From NCBI RefSeq assembly GCF_009931435.1, contig NZ_CP043414.1: a DNA stretch of 64,000 bases, one strand, 5' to 3'. Shown here piece by piece: positions 43,072 to 52,733 of this stretch. Below the pieces are notes generated by a model, which saw nothing but the letters and a program-made list of their open reading frames with translations, was not told the origin of the DNA and did not search any database. The translations under genes and the position numbers were made by a program. Origin of the DNA: Escherichia coli. GTDB lineage: Bacteria > Pseudomonadota > Gammaproteobacteria > Enterobacterales > Enterobacteriaceae. How positions within the stretch are numbered: position 1 is the stretch's first letter; each line of letters opens with the position of its first letter.

Positions 43072-44286
43072 ATGAAGATCGTAAAGGCTGAAGTTTTTGT
43101 TACCTGTCCGGGGCGTAATTTCGTCACATTAAAAATCACCACTGAGGACGGTATTACGGGCCTTGGGGATGCCACCCTCAATGGACGTGAGCTTTCCGTG
43201 GCCTCTTATTTGCAGGATCACCTTTGTCCGCAGCTTATTGGTCGCGATGCACAGCGTATCGAAGATATCTGGCAGTTTTTCTATAAAGGTGCTTACTGGC
43301 GTCGCGGTCCGGTGACGATGTCGGCCATTTCAGCGGTTGATATGGCGCTGTGGGATATTAAAGCCAAAGCTGCCAACATGCCGCTTTACCAGTTACTCGG
43401 CGGCGCGTCTCGTGAAGGGGTGATGGTTTATTGCCATACCACCGGTCACAGTATTGATGAAGCTCTGGATGATTATGCCCGTCATCAGGAGCTGGGATTC
43501 AAAGCCATCCGCGTGCAGTGCGGAATCCCTGGTATGAAAACCACCTACGGCATGTCGAAAGGCAAAGGTCTGGCTTATGAACCCGCAACCAAAGGACAGT
43601 GGCCGGAAGAGCAGCTGTGGTCGACGGAGAAATACCTCGATTTCATGCCGAAATTGTTTGACGCGGTACGTAACAAGTTTGGTTTTAATGAACATTTGCT
43701 GCATGACATGCACCATCGCTTAACGCCTATTGAAGCGGCGCGCTTTGGTAAAAGCATTGAAGATTATCGCATGTTCTGGATGGAAGACCCGACGCCTGCG
43801 GAAAACCAGGAATGCTTCCGCCTGATTCGCCAACACACCGTCACGCCAATTGCAGTGGGTGAAGTCTTCAACAGCATCTGGGACTGCAAACAGCTGATTG
43901 AAGAACAACTTATCGACTATATCCGCACCACGCTGACTCACGCGGGGGGGATTACCGGTATGCGCCGGATTGCCGATTTTGCTTCGTTGTATCAGGTACG
44001 TACTGGCTCACACGGTCCTTCCGATTTGTCACCAGTCTGCATGGCTGCGGCGCTGCACTTTGATCTGTGGGTCCCCAATTTCGGTGTCCAGGAATACATG
44101 GGCTATTCCGAACAAATGCTCGAAGTCTTCCCGCACAACTGGACTTTCGATAACGGCTATATGCATCCGGGAGACAAACCGGGTCTTGGCATCGAATTCG
44201 ATGAAAAGCTGGCGGCGAAATATCCCTATGAACCTGCTTATCTGCCAGTCGCACGTCTGGAAGATGGCACGCTGTGGAACTGGTAA
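43072..44286 (+). CDS. rspA: starvation-sensing protein RspA (enolase superfamily, mannonate dehydratase-like)
   Basis: ORF 43039..44286; start at [10 protein letters not shown] giving 404 aa. Confidence 0.9.
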   Translation: MKIVKAEVFVTCPGRNFVTLKITTEDGITGLGDATLNGRELSVASYLQDHLCPQLIGRDAQRIEDIWQFFYKGAYWRRGPVTMSAISAVDMALWDIKAKAANMPLYQLLGGASREGVMVYCHTTGHSIDEALDDYARHQELGFKAIRVQCGIPGMKTTYGMSKGKGLAYEPATKGQWPEEQLWSTEKYLDFMPKLFDAVRNKFGFNEHLLHDMHHRLTPIEAARFGKSIEDYRMFWMEDPTPAENQECFRLIRQHTVTPIAVGEVFNSIWDCKQLIEEQLIDYIRTTLTHAGGITGMRRIADFASLYQVRTGSHGPSDLSPVCMAAALHFDLWVPNFGVQEYMGYSEQMLEVFPHNWTFDNGYMHPGDKPGLGIEFDEKLAAKYPYEPAYLPVARLEDGTLWNW

Positions 44287-44297
44287 GGAGTAAGATA

Positions 44298-45317
44298 ATG
44301 AAAAGCATTTTAATTGAAAAACCGAATCAACTGGCAATTATCGAACGCGAAATACCCACCCCGTCAGCGGGTGAAGTTCGAGTAAAAGTGAAACTTGCCG
44401 GAATTTGTGGTTCAGATAGCCATATTTATCGTGGGCATAATCCTTTTGCGAAATATCCGCGCGTCATTGGACATGAATTCTTTGGCGTCATTGATGCAGT
44501 GGGTGAAGGCGTGGAAAGCGACAGAGTCGGTGAACGCGTTGCTGTCGATCCGGTGGTCAGCTGTGGGCATTGCTATCCGTGCTCTATAGGTAAGCCGAAC
44601 GTTTGTACGACACTGGCTGTATTAGGTGTGCACGCTGACGGTGGTTTCAGTGAATATGCCGTGGTGCCGGCAAAAAATGCGTGGAAAATTCCTGAAGCAG
44701 TGGCCGATCAATATGCGGTGATGATCGAACCTTTTACCATTGCGGCTAACGTTACCGGTCATGGTCAACCGACTGAAAATGATACCGTTCTGGTTTACGG
44801 TGCAGGTCCAATCGGCCTGACGATCGTTCAGGTATTAAAAGGCGTCTATAACGTTAAGAATGTGATTGTTGCCGATCGCATTGATGAACGACTGGAAAAA
44901 GCGAAAGAGAGCGGGGCAGACTGGGCGATTAATAACAGCCAGACACCGCTTGGCGAGATTTTCGCTGAAAAAGGCATAAAGCCGACATTAATTATCGATG
45001 CGGCTTGTCATCCTTCAATCCTGAAAGAAGCCGTAACGCTGGCTTCTCCAGCGGCACGTATTGTATTGATGGGCTTCTCCAGTGAACCGTCTGAAGTGAT
45101 TCAGCAAGGAATTACCGGAAAAGAACTCTCTATTTTCTCTTCACGCTTAAATGCAAATAAATTCCCGGTCGTTATCGACTGGTTAAGTAAAGGGTTAATT
45201 AAACCAGAAAAACTAATTACCCATACGTTTGATTTCCAGCATGTTGCTGATGCCATTAGTTTATTTGAACAGGATCAAAAGCATTGCTGCAAAGTCTTAC
45301 TCACTTTTTCTGAATAA
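44298..45317 (+). CDS. rspB: starvation-sensing protein RspB (Zn-dependent alcohol dehydrogenase family)
   Basis: ORF 44274..45317; start at MKSILIEKPN giving 339 aa; GHEFFG and CGxCxxC zinc motifs. Confidence 0.9.
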   Translation: MKSILIEKPNQLAIIEREIPTPSAGEVRVKVKLAGICGSDSHIYRGHNPFAKYPRVIGHEFFGVIDAVGEGVESDRVGERVAVDPVVSCGHCYPCSIGKPNVCTTLAVLGVHADGGFSEYAVVPAKNAWKIPEAVADQYAVMIEPFTIAANVTGHGQPTENDTVLVYGAGPIGLTIVQVLKGVYNVKNVIVADRIDERLEKAKESGADWAINNSQTPLGEIFAEKGIKPTLIIDAACHPSILKEAVTLASPAARIVLMGFSSEPSEVIQQGITGKELSIFSSRLNANKFPVVIDWLSKGLIKPEKLITHTFDFQHVADAISLFEQDQKHCCKVLLTFSE

Positions 45318-45374
45318 TACCAATAACGGCGAGTAAGTAGTACGCATCTTACCTCTTTTTTAGAGATAACCATT

Positions 45375-45467
45375 ATGACAATAGAAAAACACGAAAGAAG
45401 CACTAAGGATTTGGTGAAAGCAGCAGTATCGGGATGGCTGGGCACTGCGCTTGAATTTATGGATTTC
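45375..45467 (+). pseudogene. ydfJ: 5' fragment (31 codons) of ydfJ-like MFS metabolite:H+ symporter gene, truncated by prophage insertion
   Basis: ATG at 45375 gives MTIEKHERSTKDLVKAAVSGWLGTALEFMDF (the G-x-x-LEW/F-DF motif preceding TM1 of MHS transporters), then diverges and stops after 11 codons beside the integrase gene. Confidence 0.5.
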
Positions 45468-45504
45468 AAGAGTCATACGTGTCAACTATTTGATAAATAT
45501 TAAA

Positions 45505-46800
45505 TTAATTTTTCATTGCTTCGTTATGGGGCATGGTTGGGGCAAACTCGCTTAACTGTGTATTTAACAAAGCTACCTGTGCATTATTGTTTTCAGACAT
45601 CCATTTTCCGTATACCTGAAATACCATTTGCGCATCTGCATGGCCCATCTGGTTTGCTATAAATGCTGGGTTAGCACCAGCTGTCAGCGACCAGCAGGCA
45701 TAAGTATGTCTCGACTGATATGATTTTCGATGGCGGAGTCCGGCACGTTTTATCGCTGCGTCCCACATCTGCCTTATTGAGTCAACGGTAAAATGGTCAC
45801 CATAATTTTTTACTCTCGCTGACACTTCAGGTTGAAAAACAAAGGTGCATTTATGTTTTTCTGTTCTGCCATACTCTCTGAGGTGAACATCAATGATATG
45901 CTCTTTGCTCAGTCTCGTTAATGTCATCTGACTCCGGAGAGCGTCGATTGCTGGCTTAATAAGATGAATGACCCGATTGGTTCCCGCCTGTGTTTTTGGT
46001 ACCGTGAAACGGTCTTTTGCTAAATTTCTCCTGATCATCATTGTTCCATTTTTCAGATCTATGTCCTCCCATCCAAGTGCACACAGCTCACCAGGGCGAA
46101 CGCCAGTATAAACAGAAACACACCATAAATTTTTGGCTTGCTGATTTCTGCACGCATCGATAAGACGGATGAATTCCTCCCGCGAAAGAGGATCCGGAAT
46201 GGTTCTTGATTCCTTTAATGGCGAGATCCCCTTAAACGGGTTATCTGCCAGGTAACCGTTATCAACACCAAACTGGAACACGGCGTTAAGATTTGTCATG
46301 TAATTATTTACAGTTACAGCCGATCTCCCTGGTTGTGTAACAATATAGTTACTTTTGGGGATCTGGTATCCAGTCAGTAGCTCTTTACGAACCTCCAGTA
46401 ATTTTTCTTTATTAATCGATGAGGCAAGATTTTTTTCACCGATTATGCTCAGGATATTTTTGATGACGGCACGGTATGTGTTGAGTGATGTTTTTGCGAC
46501 TTCAGTTTCTTTCAGTGCCAGAAATTTTTCAGCCAGTTCTTTTATGGTTAAATCTTGTCGGGCCTCACCAAATTTTTCCAGATTGCGTGAGGAGGGAAAC
46601 TGTTTTGCATAGTCGAAAACACCAGTTTTTATTGCGTAACAAACAGAGGCGCGTAGCTCACCTGCAACGCGCCTGTTTTTTGCTGTGTCAGGAACCCCCA
46701 GGTTTTCCCTGACTCTTACGCCTTTATAAACAAACCAGATACGTAATTTCCCTCCATGGTTTTCCACGCCTGTCGGATATTTCATTTCAACTTCTCTCAT
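45505..46800 (-). CDS. int: tyrosine site-specific integrase
   Basis: 431-aa ORF (start possibly at second Met, 46785); C-terminal RHRKSYQSRHTYAC...VYGKW tyrosine recombinase motifs. Confidence 0.9.
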   Translation of the reverse strand: MREVEMKYPTGVENHGGKLRIWFVYKGVRVRENLGVPDTAKNRRVAGELRASVCYAIKTGVFDYAKQFPSSRNLEKFGEARQDLTIKELAEKFLALKETEVAKTSLNTYRAVIKNILSIIGEKNLASSINKEKLLEVRKELLTGYQIPKSNYIVTQPGRSAVTVNNYMTNLNAVFQFGVDNGYLADNPFKGISPLKESRTIPDPLSREEFIRLIDACRNQQAKNLWCVSVYTGVRPGELCALGWEDIDLKNGTMMIRRNLAKDRFTVPKTQAGTNRVIHLIKPAIDALRSQMTLTRLSKEHIIDVHLREYGRTEKHKCTFVFQPEVSARVKNYGDHFTVDSIRQMWDAAIKRAGLRHRKSYQSRHTYACWSLTAGANPAFIANQMGHADAQMVFQVYGKWMSENNNAQVALLNTQLSEFAPTMPHNEAMKN

Positions 46801-46819
46801 TAGTTAGTGTGGCTTTTAG

Positions 46820-47071
46820 TCAAGTAAGATGACGTCTTGGTCTTGCTGATGCCTGGCGCTCAATCCAGCGATCAATTTCTTCCAGGTTGTAAAAGCATGG
46901 ACTGTTATCCCATGGCATACCGTCATGAGCGACATGCTTATATTCCCTTCCTTCCATAAACGATTTTTCCCGGGCCTTTTTTAACGTACCTTTTTTTATT
47001 CCTTTCAGCGCAATTAACTGCTCTTCGGATACCCATTTGCCGGGAGAGACAATCATGATTACTTCGCTCAT
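46820..47071 (-). CDS. xis: lambda Xis-like excisionase
   Basis: 83-aa ORF directly upstream of int; shares the GREY core with lambda Xis. Confidence 0.65.
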   Translation of the reverse strand: MSEVIMIVSPGKWVSEEQLIALKGIKKGTLKKAREKSFMEGREYKHVAHDGMPWDNSPCFYNLEEIDRWIERQASARPRRHLT

Positions 47072-47143
47072 CGATTTCTTTATCTCTTACATCAGACGAG
47101 CGCCGGTTGCAGAATACCAGTCACAACCGGCGACAGTTGAACA

Positions 47144-49615
47144 TTAAGAATCAGCCTGACTCGGGATCAGTTTTTGCCAGATAGCTGAAACGCATTTTGC
47201 CTGGTAACGGGCGTCATCAAGTGCATTATGGCGCTCACCTTCGAATGGAATAGCCGTTCTGGCATCGAAGTCTATGGCTTTCCCCAGCTCAACGATTGTG
47301 CGTACATCGCGATCGTTGTAGTAACGCCACGGGCAGGGGATCCCCTGCCGTTCGTATGAACGGCGCAAAATCGTGTTGTCGAAGTTGGCTCCATTTCCCC
47401 AGACCTGAACAAAAAATTCACCGGAGTTTTCGTCGATAAATTCCCGCAATTGTAACAGTGCATCATCTAACGGGATTTCATCGGTCATAATGGCAGATTG
47501 CGCTTCGCGTGATTGTTTAAGCCACCATTTAATGGTGTCCCGATCAATGACTCCGCCAGCAGTTTCCAGATCGATAGTCTTACTAAATTCCGGTCCCATA
47601 TCTCCGGTTTGCGGATCGAAAAATATTGCACCTATTGAGATAATCGGGGCATCGGGATTTTTTCCCATGGTTTCAAGGTCGATCATCAGATGAATCCCCG
47701 CTCTGCTGGTGGATGTGAGATTATGATGACCGTTCGCCTTAATTAAGGGATCTGACGCCTCGCCAGTTTCACTATCGCTGGCATGATGCTGATTGCCGCC
47801 AGTGTTCTCCTTGTGCTGATGCGCAGTGCCTTCCATTTCCTCCGGATCATTTTCCTGAACTTCAGGCTGATTCTCTCCATCGAATATTTCCTGGTATGTT
47901 GCGTCACCCATCACCGCACCACAATCAGGGCAGTTGCCGCCACCGCTATGACCGCAGGCGGTGCAGATCTTTTCCGGTTCCTGTTGCACTACTGGTTCAG
48001 GTTGTTTCGTTTCTGGCTCGTTTTGTTGCGTATTTGGGCTGTTTTGTTCCGCTTTCTGGTCGTTCTGTTCCGTTTCTTGCTGGTTCTGGTTCACAGAATC
48101 GCGGGTCTGGATCCCCTTAACCCATTTCGGATCATTCGGGTCGCTAATCCCTTCAACAAATTCACCACGTGATACTGCAAGCAGTTCATCGGCGTCAGGC
48201 TGGCTGATATTGGCTGCCTGCATAATTTTGTTTACTTCGTCAGCGGTAACTTTTACTGACCCTGGTTGTGCGGTCGTGTCAGATGCACCAGTATTTTGTT
48301 GTGAACCTGAGTATGTACCGTTTTTGCGGGCGAAATATTCTTCTTTCGTGATTTCAGTAGCCCCAGCAGACAGCGCCTTATCCAGACCAGAAAGTTTGTT
48401 TGCGCGACCGTATTTTTCGCCATCCTTGTCGGTGAAGAGGAAGTAGAACGGCCCCTCACGTTCTACAGATGGTTCGACTTCCACTTTGCATTCGGTTTTT
48501 TCGTTGTCTGGAATTGCCGTTTCCACTGCATCAGTTTCTGGTACTGGCGACGAGAGAGTATCAGTTGCGCTCTGATTTGTTCCTTCATCTTCAAACACGC
48601 CCTTTGTAGTCAGGTATTCAGTAATGTATTTGTTCAGTGCCACAGGGTCTTTGTGAATGTCGATCGGACGTTCACGGACAAGGCCAAAAATAGTCTGGCG
48701 GTCGTAGCGAAGGGCATCAGGCTGTTTGCGCATTGATGCCGAGATACGCTTCCAGTCTTCGCGGTCGTTGTCGATAACTTCATTTTTTGCCCAGCGATGG
48801 ATGCTGCCGTCAATGTTTCCGGCATCTACATCACCAGGCCAGAGAGCGTAGGCCAGTTCGTCATCCAGTGTTTTCCATGTCTGCTTGTATTCGCGATGAA
48901 TGGCAGCAATGACCGGGTTGATTTTTCCTGTTGAATTTTCAGTGTGCTGTTGATTGGCTCTGGCGCGGGCGAGATCAACAACAGACGTGTATTTTCCGGC
49001 TTCCTTGCGTTCACCTTCGCGACGTTTTTTCCAGATGCGCATCTCTGCCTGAATTTCGGGCCATTTGGCACCAGGCTTACATTTATGCTTAACCCACCCG
49101 ATGGCATGCAGCTTAAGCTCCGGATACATAGCGTTAACTTCTGGCATTTTCATCAACGCTTCAACGATATGGCCGTCGAATGTTGCCATGTCTTCCTGCA
49201 ACAATTCCTGTGCGCTAATCACCATATCAACAGTGATGTTTTCACATGTGTGGAACTTAACCATGACAGCGTTCTGTACTTCAGGGGCTAGGTTGTCAAA
49301 AGTGACGTTCATCGGATCGGATTCAGTCTCGACCGGGACAAAGGAAGCAGACGCCTCATCCCAGCGGTTTTCCTGCATATATTCAGCATCCCAGGAATCG
49401 AGGGCAGGGCGGGGTATACCGGGTTTATCCTCGCAAACAAGAAATTTATAAGCGCAGTCCTGAGCAGCCGGATAATGTTCCAGGAATTGCCAGTGAAATT
49501 TTGCGCGGGCGCGACGTTCATCACCGGCTTCAATGGCAGTGGCTACAGCGACGGCACCTTCTTCCTTTATTGCCTGTTCGTCCGGAATGGCGGCGCAAAT
49601 AAAGACTTTACTCAT
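47144..49615 (-). CDS. prophage exonuclease with C-terminal DEDDh 3'-5' exonuclease domain
   Basis: 823-aa ORF; MIDLETMG (Exo I), WGNGANFD (Exo II), H-x4-D (Exo III); CTACG...CPDCG zinc knuckle; Q/E/N-rich linker. Confidence 0.8.
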   Translation of the reverse strand: MSKVFICAAIPDEQAIKEEGAVAVATAIEAGDERRARAKFHWQFLEHYPAAQDCAYKFLVCEDKPGIPRPALDSWDAEYMQENRWDEASASFVPVETESDPMNVTFDNLAPEVQNAVMVKFHTCENITVDMVISAQELLQEDMATFDGHIVEALMKMPEVNAMYPELKLHAIGWVKHKCKPGAKWPEIQAEMRIWKKRREGERKEAGKYTSVVDLARARANQQHTENSTGKINPVIAAIHREYKQTWKTLDDELAYALWPGDVDAGNIDGSIHRWAKNEVIDNDREDWKRISASMRKQPDALRYDRQTIFGLVRERPIDIHKDPVALNKYITEYLTTKGVFEDEGTNQSATDTLSSPVPETDAVETAIPDNEKTECKVEVEPSVEREGPFYFLFTDKDGEKYGRANKLSGLDKALSAGATEITKEEYFARKNGTYSGSQQNTGASDTTAQPGSVKVTADEVNKIMQAANISQPDADELLAVSRGEFVEGISDPNDPKWVKGIQTRDSVNQNQQETEQNDQKAEQNSPNTQQNEPETKQPEPVVQQEPEKICTACGHSGGGNCPDCGAVMGDATYQEIFDGENQPEVQENDPEEMEGTAHQHKENTGGNQHHASDSETGEASDPLIKANGHHNLTSTSRAGIHLMIDLETMGKNPDAPIISIGAIFFDPQTGDMGPEFSKTIDLETAGGVIDRDTIKWWLKQSREAQSAIMTDEIPLDDALLQLREFIDENSGEFFVQVWGNGANFDNTILRRSYERQGIPCPWRYYNDRDVRTIVELGKAIDFDARTAIPFEGERHNALDDARYQAKCVSAIWQKLIPSQADS

Positions 49616-49707
49616 TTTGTTTTACCTCATTACAGATTTAAGGGTGAACAAATCCCTGCCATTGCTGGCATATAAGAATGAAATCGGATGTTTATTACGG
49701 AACTGTT

Positions 49708-49899
49708 TTAAAGACCTGCCGGGATTTCGTTATTATCCTGGTGAATAACTTTATCGACCGGGTAACAGTTACCGGGAATTTTCTGTTCGGTTGCTGCAGT
49801 CACACACTCCTGCATTGTCCTGTGAACACTGACTGCAATATCAACTGGCTCTCCGGAAACAAGAAAAACTGTCAGAACAAGTGCAAATGCTGTATTCAT
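49708..49899 (-). CDS. ydfD: small lysis-inducing protein YdfD-like
   Basis: 63-aa ORF from MNTAFALVLTVFL (hydrophobic N-terminus); start overlaps dicB stop in ATGA. Confidence 0.6.
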   Translation of the reverse strand: MNTAFALVLTVFLVSGEPVDIAVSVHRTMQECVTAATEQKIPGNCYPVDKVIHQDNNEIPAGL

Positions 49900-50084
49900 T
49901 GCCAGCATCCTTTTTGTATCGGACGTAAACGGGCCAACATTGAAAGAATGCATATTTTATTTAATAGCTCCCGTTCGTGTTTTCTCTTGTTAATGGCATC
50001 TTCAGTAAATACAGGGTTACTGATAGTGACACCAATTTCAAAACAACCTTCAGACGTATTAACGTTTGGTAATAACGTTTCCAT
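49896..50084 (-). CDS. dicB: cell-division inhibitor DicB
   Basis: 62-aa ORF METLLPNVNTSEGCFEIGVTISNPVFTEDAINKRK..., recognised DicB. Confidence 0.85.
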   Translation of the reverse strand: METLLPNVNTSEGCFEIGVTISNPVFTEDAINKRKHERELLNKICILSMLARLRPIQKGCWQ

Positions 50085-50255
50085 TATCGCGTCCTCAACA
50101 ATGAATTTTGTGATGCGGTGCCTGGTGCTTCCAGGTGACGTTAACCAGTTAACAATTAACGCCGGATACAGAGAATCCACCCATAACACTGTTTTTGGTT
50201 TTAACTGTTCCGCGTGCGCTCAGCCGCATTCACCGCATCACAAAATTCACTTTAA

Positions 50256-50311
50256 AAAGGGCGGCAGAGCAGTCACGGAGTAAAACTGATACCGCCAAAC
50301 GTCACCAGAAA
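50256..50311 (-). ncRNA. dicF: DicF small regulatory RNA
   Basis: Minus strand reads TTTCTGGTGACGTTTGGCGGTATCAGTTTTACTCCGTGACTGCTCTGCCGCCC plus T-run, matching DicF as recalled; about 170 nt upstream of dicB. Confidence 0.75.
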
Positions 50312-50652
50312 ATTGATAACAGAGGGCGTTGCAGCGGGGTTGTCACTTAAGCGTATGGTCAACCTGACAACCCGGTGTCCTCAACGGGGGAAGGAATAAC
50401 CCCGCCATACTTACCGCCGCGCCATTTCGCGGATTGCCACAACCGGAAGCGCACGGTCGACGAAAATTTAACGACAGGCTATCTATGAACCAGCTACCTC
50501 GCCGTGCGCTTTCGCGTTATGGTCTGACTTTTCAGGGAAATATCCTTTCAGTAAACTGTCAGTGCCGGATGCTCACCCGTGTCCGGCGCAAGCACTCCAC
50601 CTTACCCGTGGAGAACTCCTTAATTACCAACCTTAGCTTCGTTGGTTAGCTA

Positions 50653-50871
50653 TTAACGCGGGTATGTAATCATTCTGGCAATGGTTAATGCCGCTGCTTT
50701 TTCCAGATTGGTGATATCCTGCTCCAGAGAGGACAGATTTTCAGCCTGCTTAGCCCTGACTTCATTAGCCCATTTCAGATCCTGCGCTGCATTAATTTTC
50801 TGGTGCATCCACTCATAAAGTTCATCATTGGTATAGTCTGGCGCGATGATGACGGGTTCTCGTTTCTGCAT
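50653..50871 (-). CDS. ydfC: YdfC-like prophage protein
   Basis: 72-aa ORF in the dicB operon position. Confidence 0.6.
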   Translation of the reverse strand: MQKREPVIIAPDYTNDELYEWMHQKINAAQDLKWANEVRAKQAENLSSLEQDITNLEKAAALTIARMITYPR

Positions 50872-50900
50872 ACTGATTCCTCGCGGTGCTGTTTCGCTTA

Positions 50901-51029
50901 TCAGCCATTAGATTTTGCCGAACTGGAAAGCGCCTGTTTAAATTCGTTGAAGCTGTGAGCTTCTTCGCCTTCGGCAAGGCCTTCGAAGTATTCTTCGTAA
51001 GCCTTTTCCATGATTGTGTCGAAATCCAT
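50901..51029 (-). CDS. ydfB: YdfB-like small acidic protein
   Basis: 42-codon ORF (MDFDTIMEKAYEEYFEGLAEG...) found by manual translation; below ORF-track cutoff. Confidence 0.5.
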   Translation of the reverse strand: MDFDTIMEKAYEEYFEGLAEGEEAHSFNEFKQALSSSAKSNG

Positions 51030-51030
51030 A

Positions 51031-51186
51031 TCACCCACCTGAATTTCTTTCCAGCCAGCGACGCGCTCCAGATTCGGTTTTAAACGTTTTGCTTTTGGTA
51101 TACGTCATTGCGGTGAACGTACCGTCCTGGTTGGGGAACACGCCACATACCAGAGATTCGCTGTTGCCAAGATTGATAGTATCCAT
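51031..51186 (-). CDS. ydfA: YdfA-like prophage protein
   Basis: 51-aa ORF from MDTINLGNSESLVCGVF; first gene downstream of the repressor. Confidence 0.6.
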   Translation of the reverse strand: MDTINLGNSESLVCGVFPNQDGTFTAMTYTKSKTFKTESGARRWLERNSGG

Positions 51187-51451
51187 GCTGACCTCATTTC
51201 CCCTTAACGCCGGGGTAGCGGAACAAAAACCTGCTGCATAGTTATTAAAGTTGTACCCTGCCGTCATGTTCTTACGCCTCGGGCTGGCTACTTAACCCCT
51301 GACCACTGCCTGGTAACTCGAAGTATTGCCCTGCATTCTGTGGAGCGGGGTGAGTTGGTATGAAAAGAAGGATACCCATAGGTATTTAAAAAGTAAATAC
51401 CCATGGGTGACTTTTTGCAGTGTCTTAACTGGTGACTAGTTGTTTGGTGAG

Positions 51452-51871
51452 CTATGATGCGTTTTGTGCTTTCTTTTTACGGATTTCTTCGTAGATCATA
51501 TTGTAATACTGTTTTTTCTCTTCAAGAGTTTTTAATAAGTTATCCGCTTCACTTTCTGGCAGTTCGTCTAAGAGATCTAAAAAAATACGTTGTCGTGGCG
51601 TTAGAACCCTTGTTTCATAACTGGAGGCTGTGTTCGTTGATGATGAAACGATACCATCCATCCATCCCCGGGGTAACCCAAAGGACTCTTCGATAATCTC
51701 CACCATATCATCAGCGATCCGTTTTTTTCCCTTTTTCCCCTCTGGGTACAACATTCTTGATACATAAGAAGGCTCGCGCCCGATCTTTCTGGCCACGTTA
51801 ACCGCTTTACCATCGCATTTCTCATCACGAATTTTGATGAGTTGCTGTCGTCTAAATTCATATTTGTCCAT
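51452..51871 (-). CDS. prophage repressor, DicA-like C-terminal domain with distinct N-terminal HTH
   Basis: 139-aa ORF; HTH-like VARKIGREPSYVSRM; C-terminal LDLLDELPESEADNLL resembles DicA; no SD before ATG. Confidence 0.7.
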   Translation of the reverse strand: MDKYEFRRQQLIKIRDEKCDGKAVNVARKIGREPSYVSRMLYPEGKKGKKRIADDMVEIIEESFGLPRGWMDGIVSSSTNTASSYETRVLTPRQRIFLDLLDELPESEADNLLKTLEEKKQYYNMIYEEIRKKKAQNAS

Positions 51872-51971
51872 AGGTAAATAATAGATGCGATTACTGCAAG
51901 GTAAACAACCTGTGGGTATTGACTTTTGTTTACCTGTAGGTATTCTTTGCTGTGTTTACTAAGGAGTAGCT
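51872..51971. promoter_or_regulatory. divergent promoter/operator region of the immunity switch
   Basis: AGGTAAATAA (51873), AGGTAAACAA (51899) and inverted TTGTTTACCT (51927) repeats around TTGACT; AAGGAG RBS for cro-like gene. Confidence 0.5.
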
Positions 51972-52253
51972 ATGGAAGAATTAAGAATATTTCTCAATTC
52001 TCTTTCGTCAGATGAACAGCGTATGTTTGCATGCGAGTGTGGTACCAGCATCGGTTATCTAAGAAAGGCATTGAGTAAAGGTCAAGTGTTAGGGGCATCG
52101 TTATGTGTCCTTATTGAGCGAGCCAGTAATGGTGAAGTTACACGTCAGCAACTAAGGCCTTTTGATTGGATGAATATTTGGCCCGAGCTGGAAGATACCA
52201 AAACGTTAACACAACCACTTTCTAGGAGCTTGATTCATGAAAATCAAGCATGA
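51972..52253 (+). CDS. Cro/YdaS-like HTH regulator
   Basis: 93-aa ORF divergent from repressor with AAGGAG RBS. Confidence 0.65.
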   Translation: MEELRIFLNSLSSDEQRMFACECGTSIGYLRKALSKGQVLGASLCVLIERASNGEVTRQQLRPFDWMNIWPELEDTKTLTQPLSRSLIHENQA

Positions 52254-52662
52254 ACACATCCGCATGGCGATGAATGCCTGGGCGCATCCGGACGGTGAAA
52301 AAGTTCCGGCAGCTGAAATAACCAGGGCTTATTTTGAACTGGGTATGACGTTCCCAGAACTGCATGACGACAGCCATCCGGAAGCCCTGGCTCGCAATAC
52401 CCAGAAAATTTTCCGCTGGGTAGAGAAAGACACCCCTGATGCAGTTGAAAAAATTCAGGCGTTGTTACCAGCGATCGAAAAGGCAATGCCACCTTTGCTG
52501 GTGGCCAGAATGCGCAGCCACAGTTCAGCTTATTTTCGGGAGCTGGTGGAGACGCGGGAGCGACTGGTGAGAGACGCTGATGATTTTGTCGCAGTGGCAA
52601 TCGCCGGTTTCAATCAGATGAACCGTGGTGGCCCGGCAGGAAATGCTGTGGCAGTGCATTGA
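52237..52662 (+). CDS. YdaT-like (CII-like) regulator
   Basis: 141-aa ORF starting MKIKHEHI as in Rac YdaT (recalled); 17-nt overlap with preceding gene. Confidence 0.55.
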   Translation: MKIKHEHIRMAMNAWAHPDGEKVPAAEITRAYFELGMTFPELHDDSHPEALARNTQKIFRWVEKDTPDAVEKIQALLPAIEKAMPPLLVARMRSHSSAYFRELVETRERLVRDADDFVAVAIAGFNQMNRGGPAGNAVAVH

Positions 52663-52733
52663 GTGATAATAGCCATATCGAATCGCTTCCGGCAACTCGT
52701 GAGTAAAAAGATTCGGTATCAGAAGAGGTGAGT

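Noticed and set aside
45275-45469. 64-aa minus-strand ORF between rspB and int
   Set aside because: Antisense to the ydfJ 5' fragment with no RBS; likely spurious.
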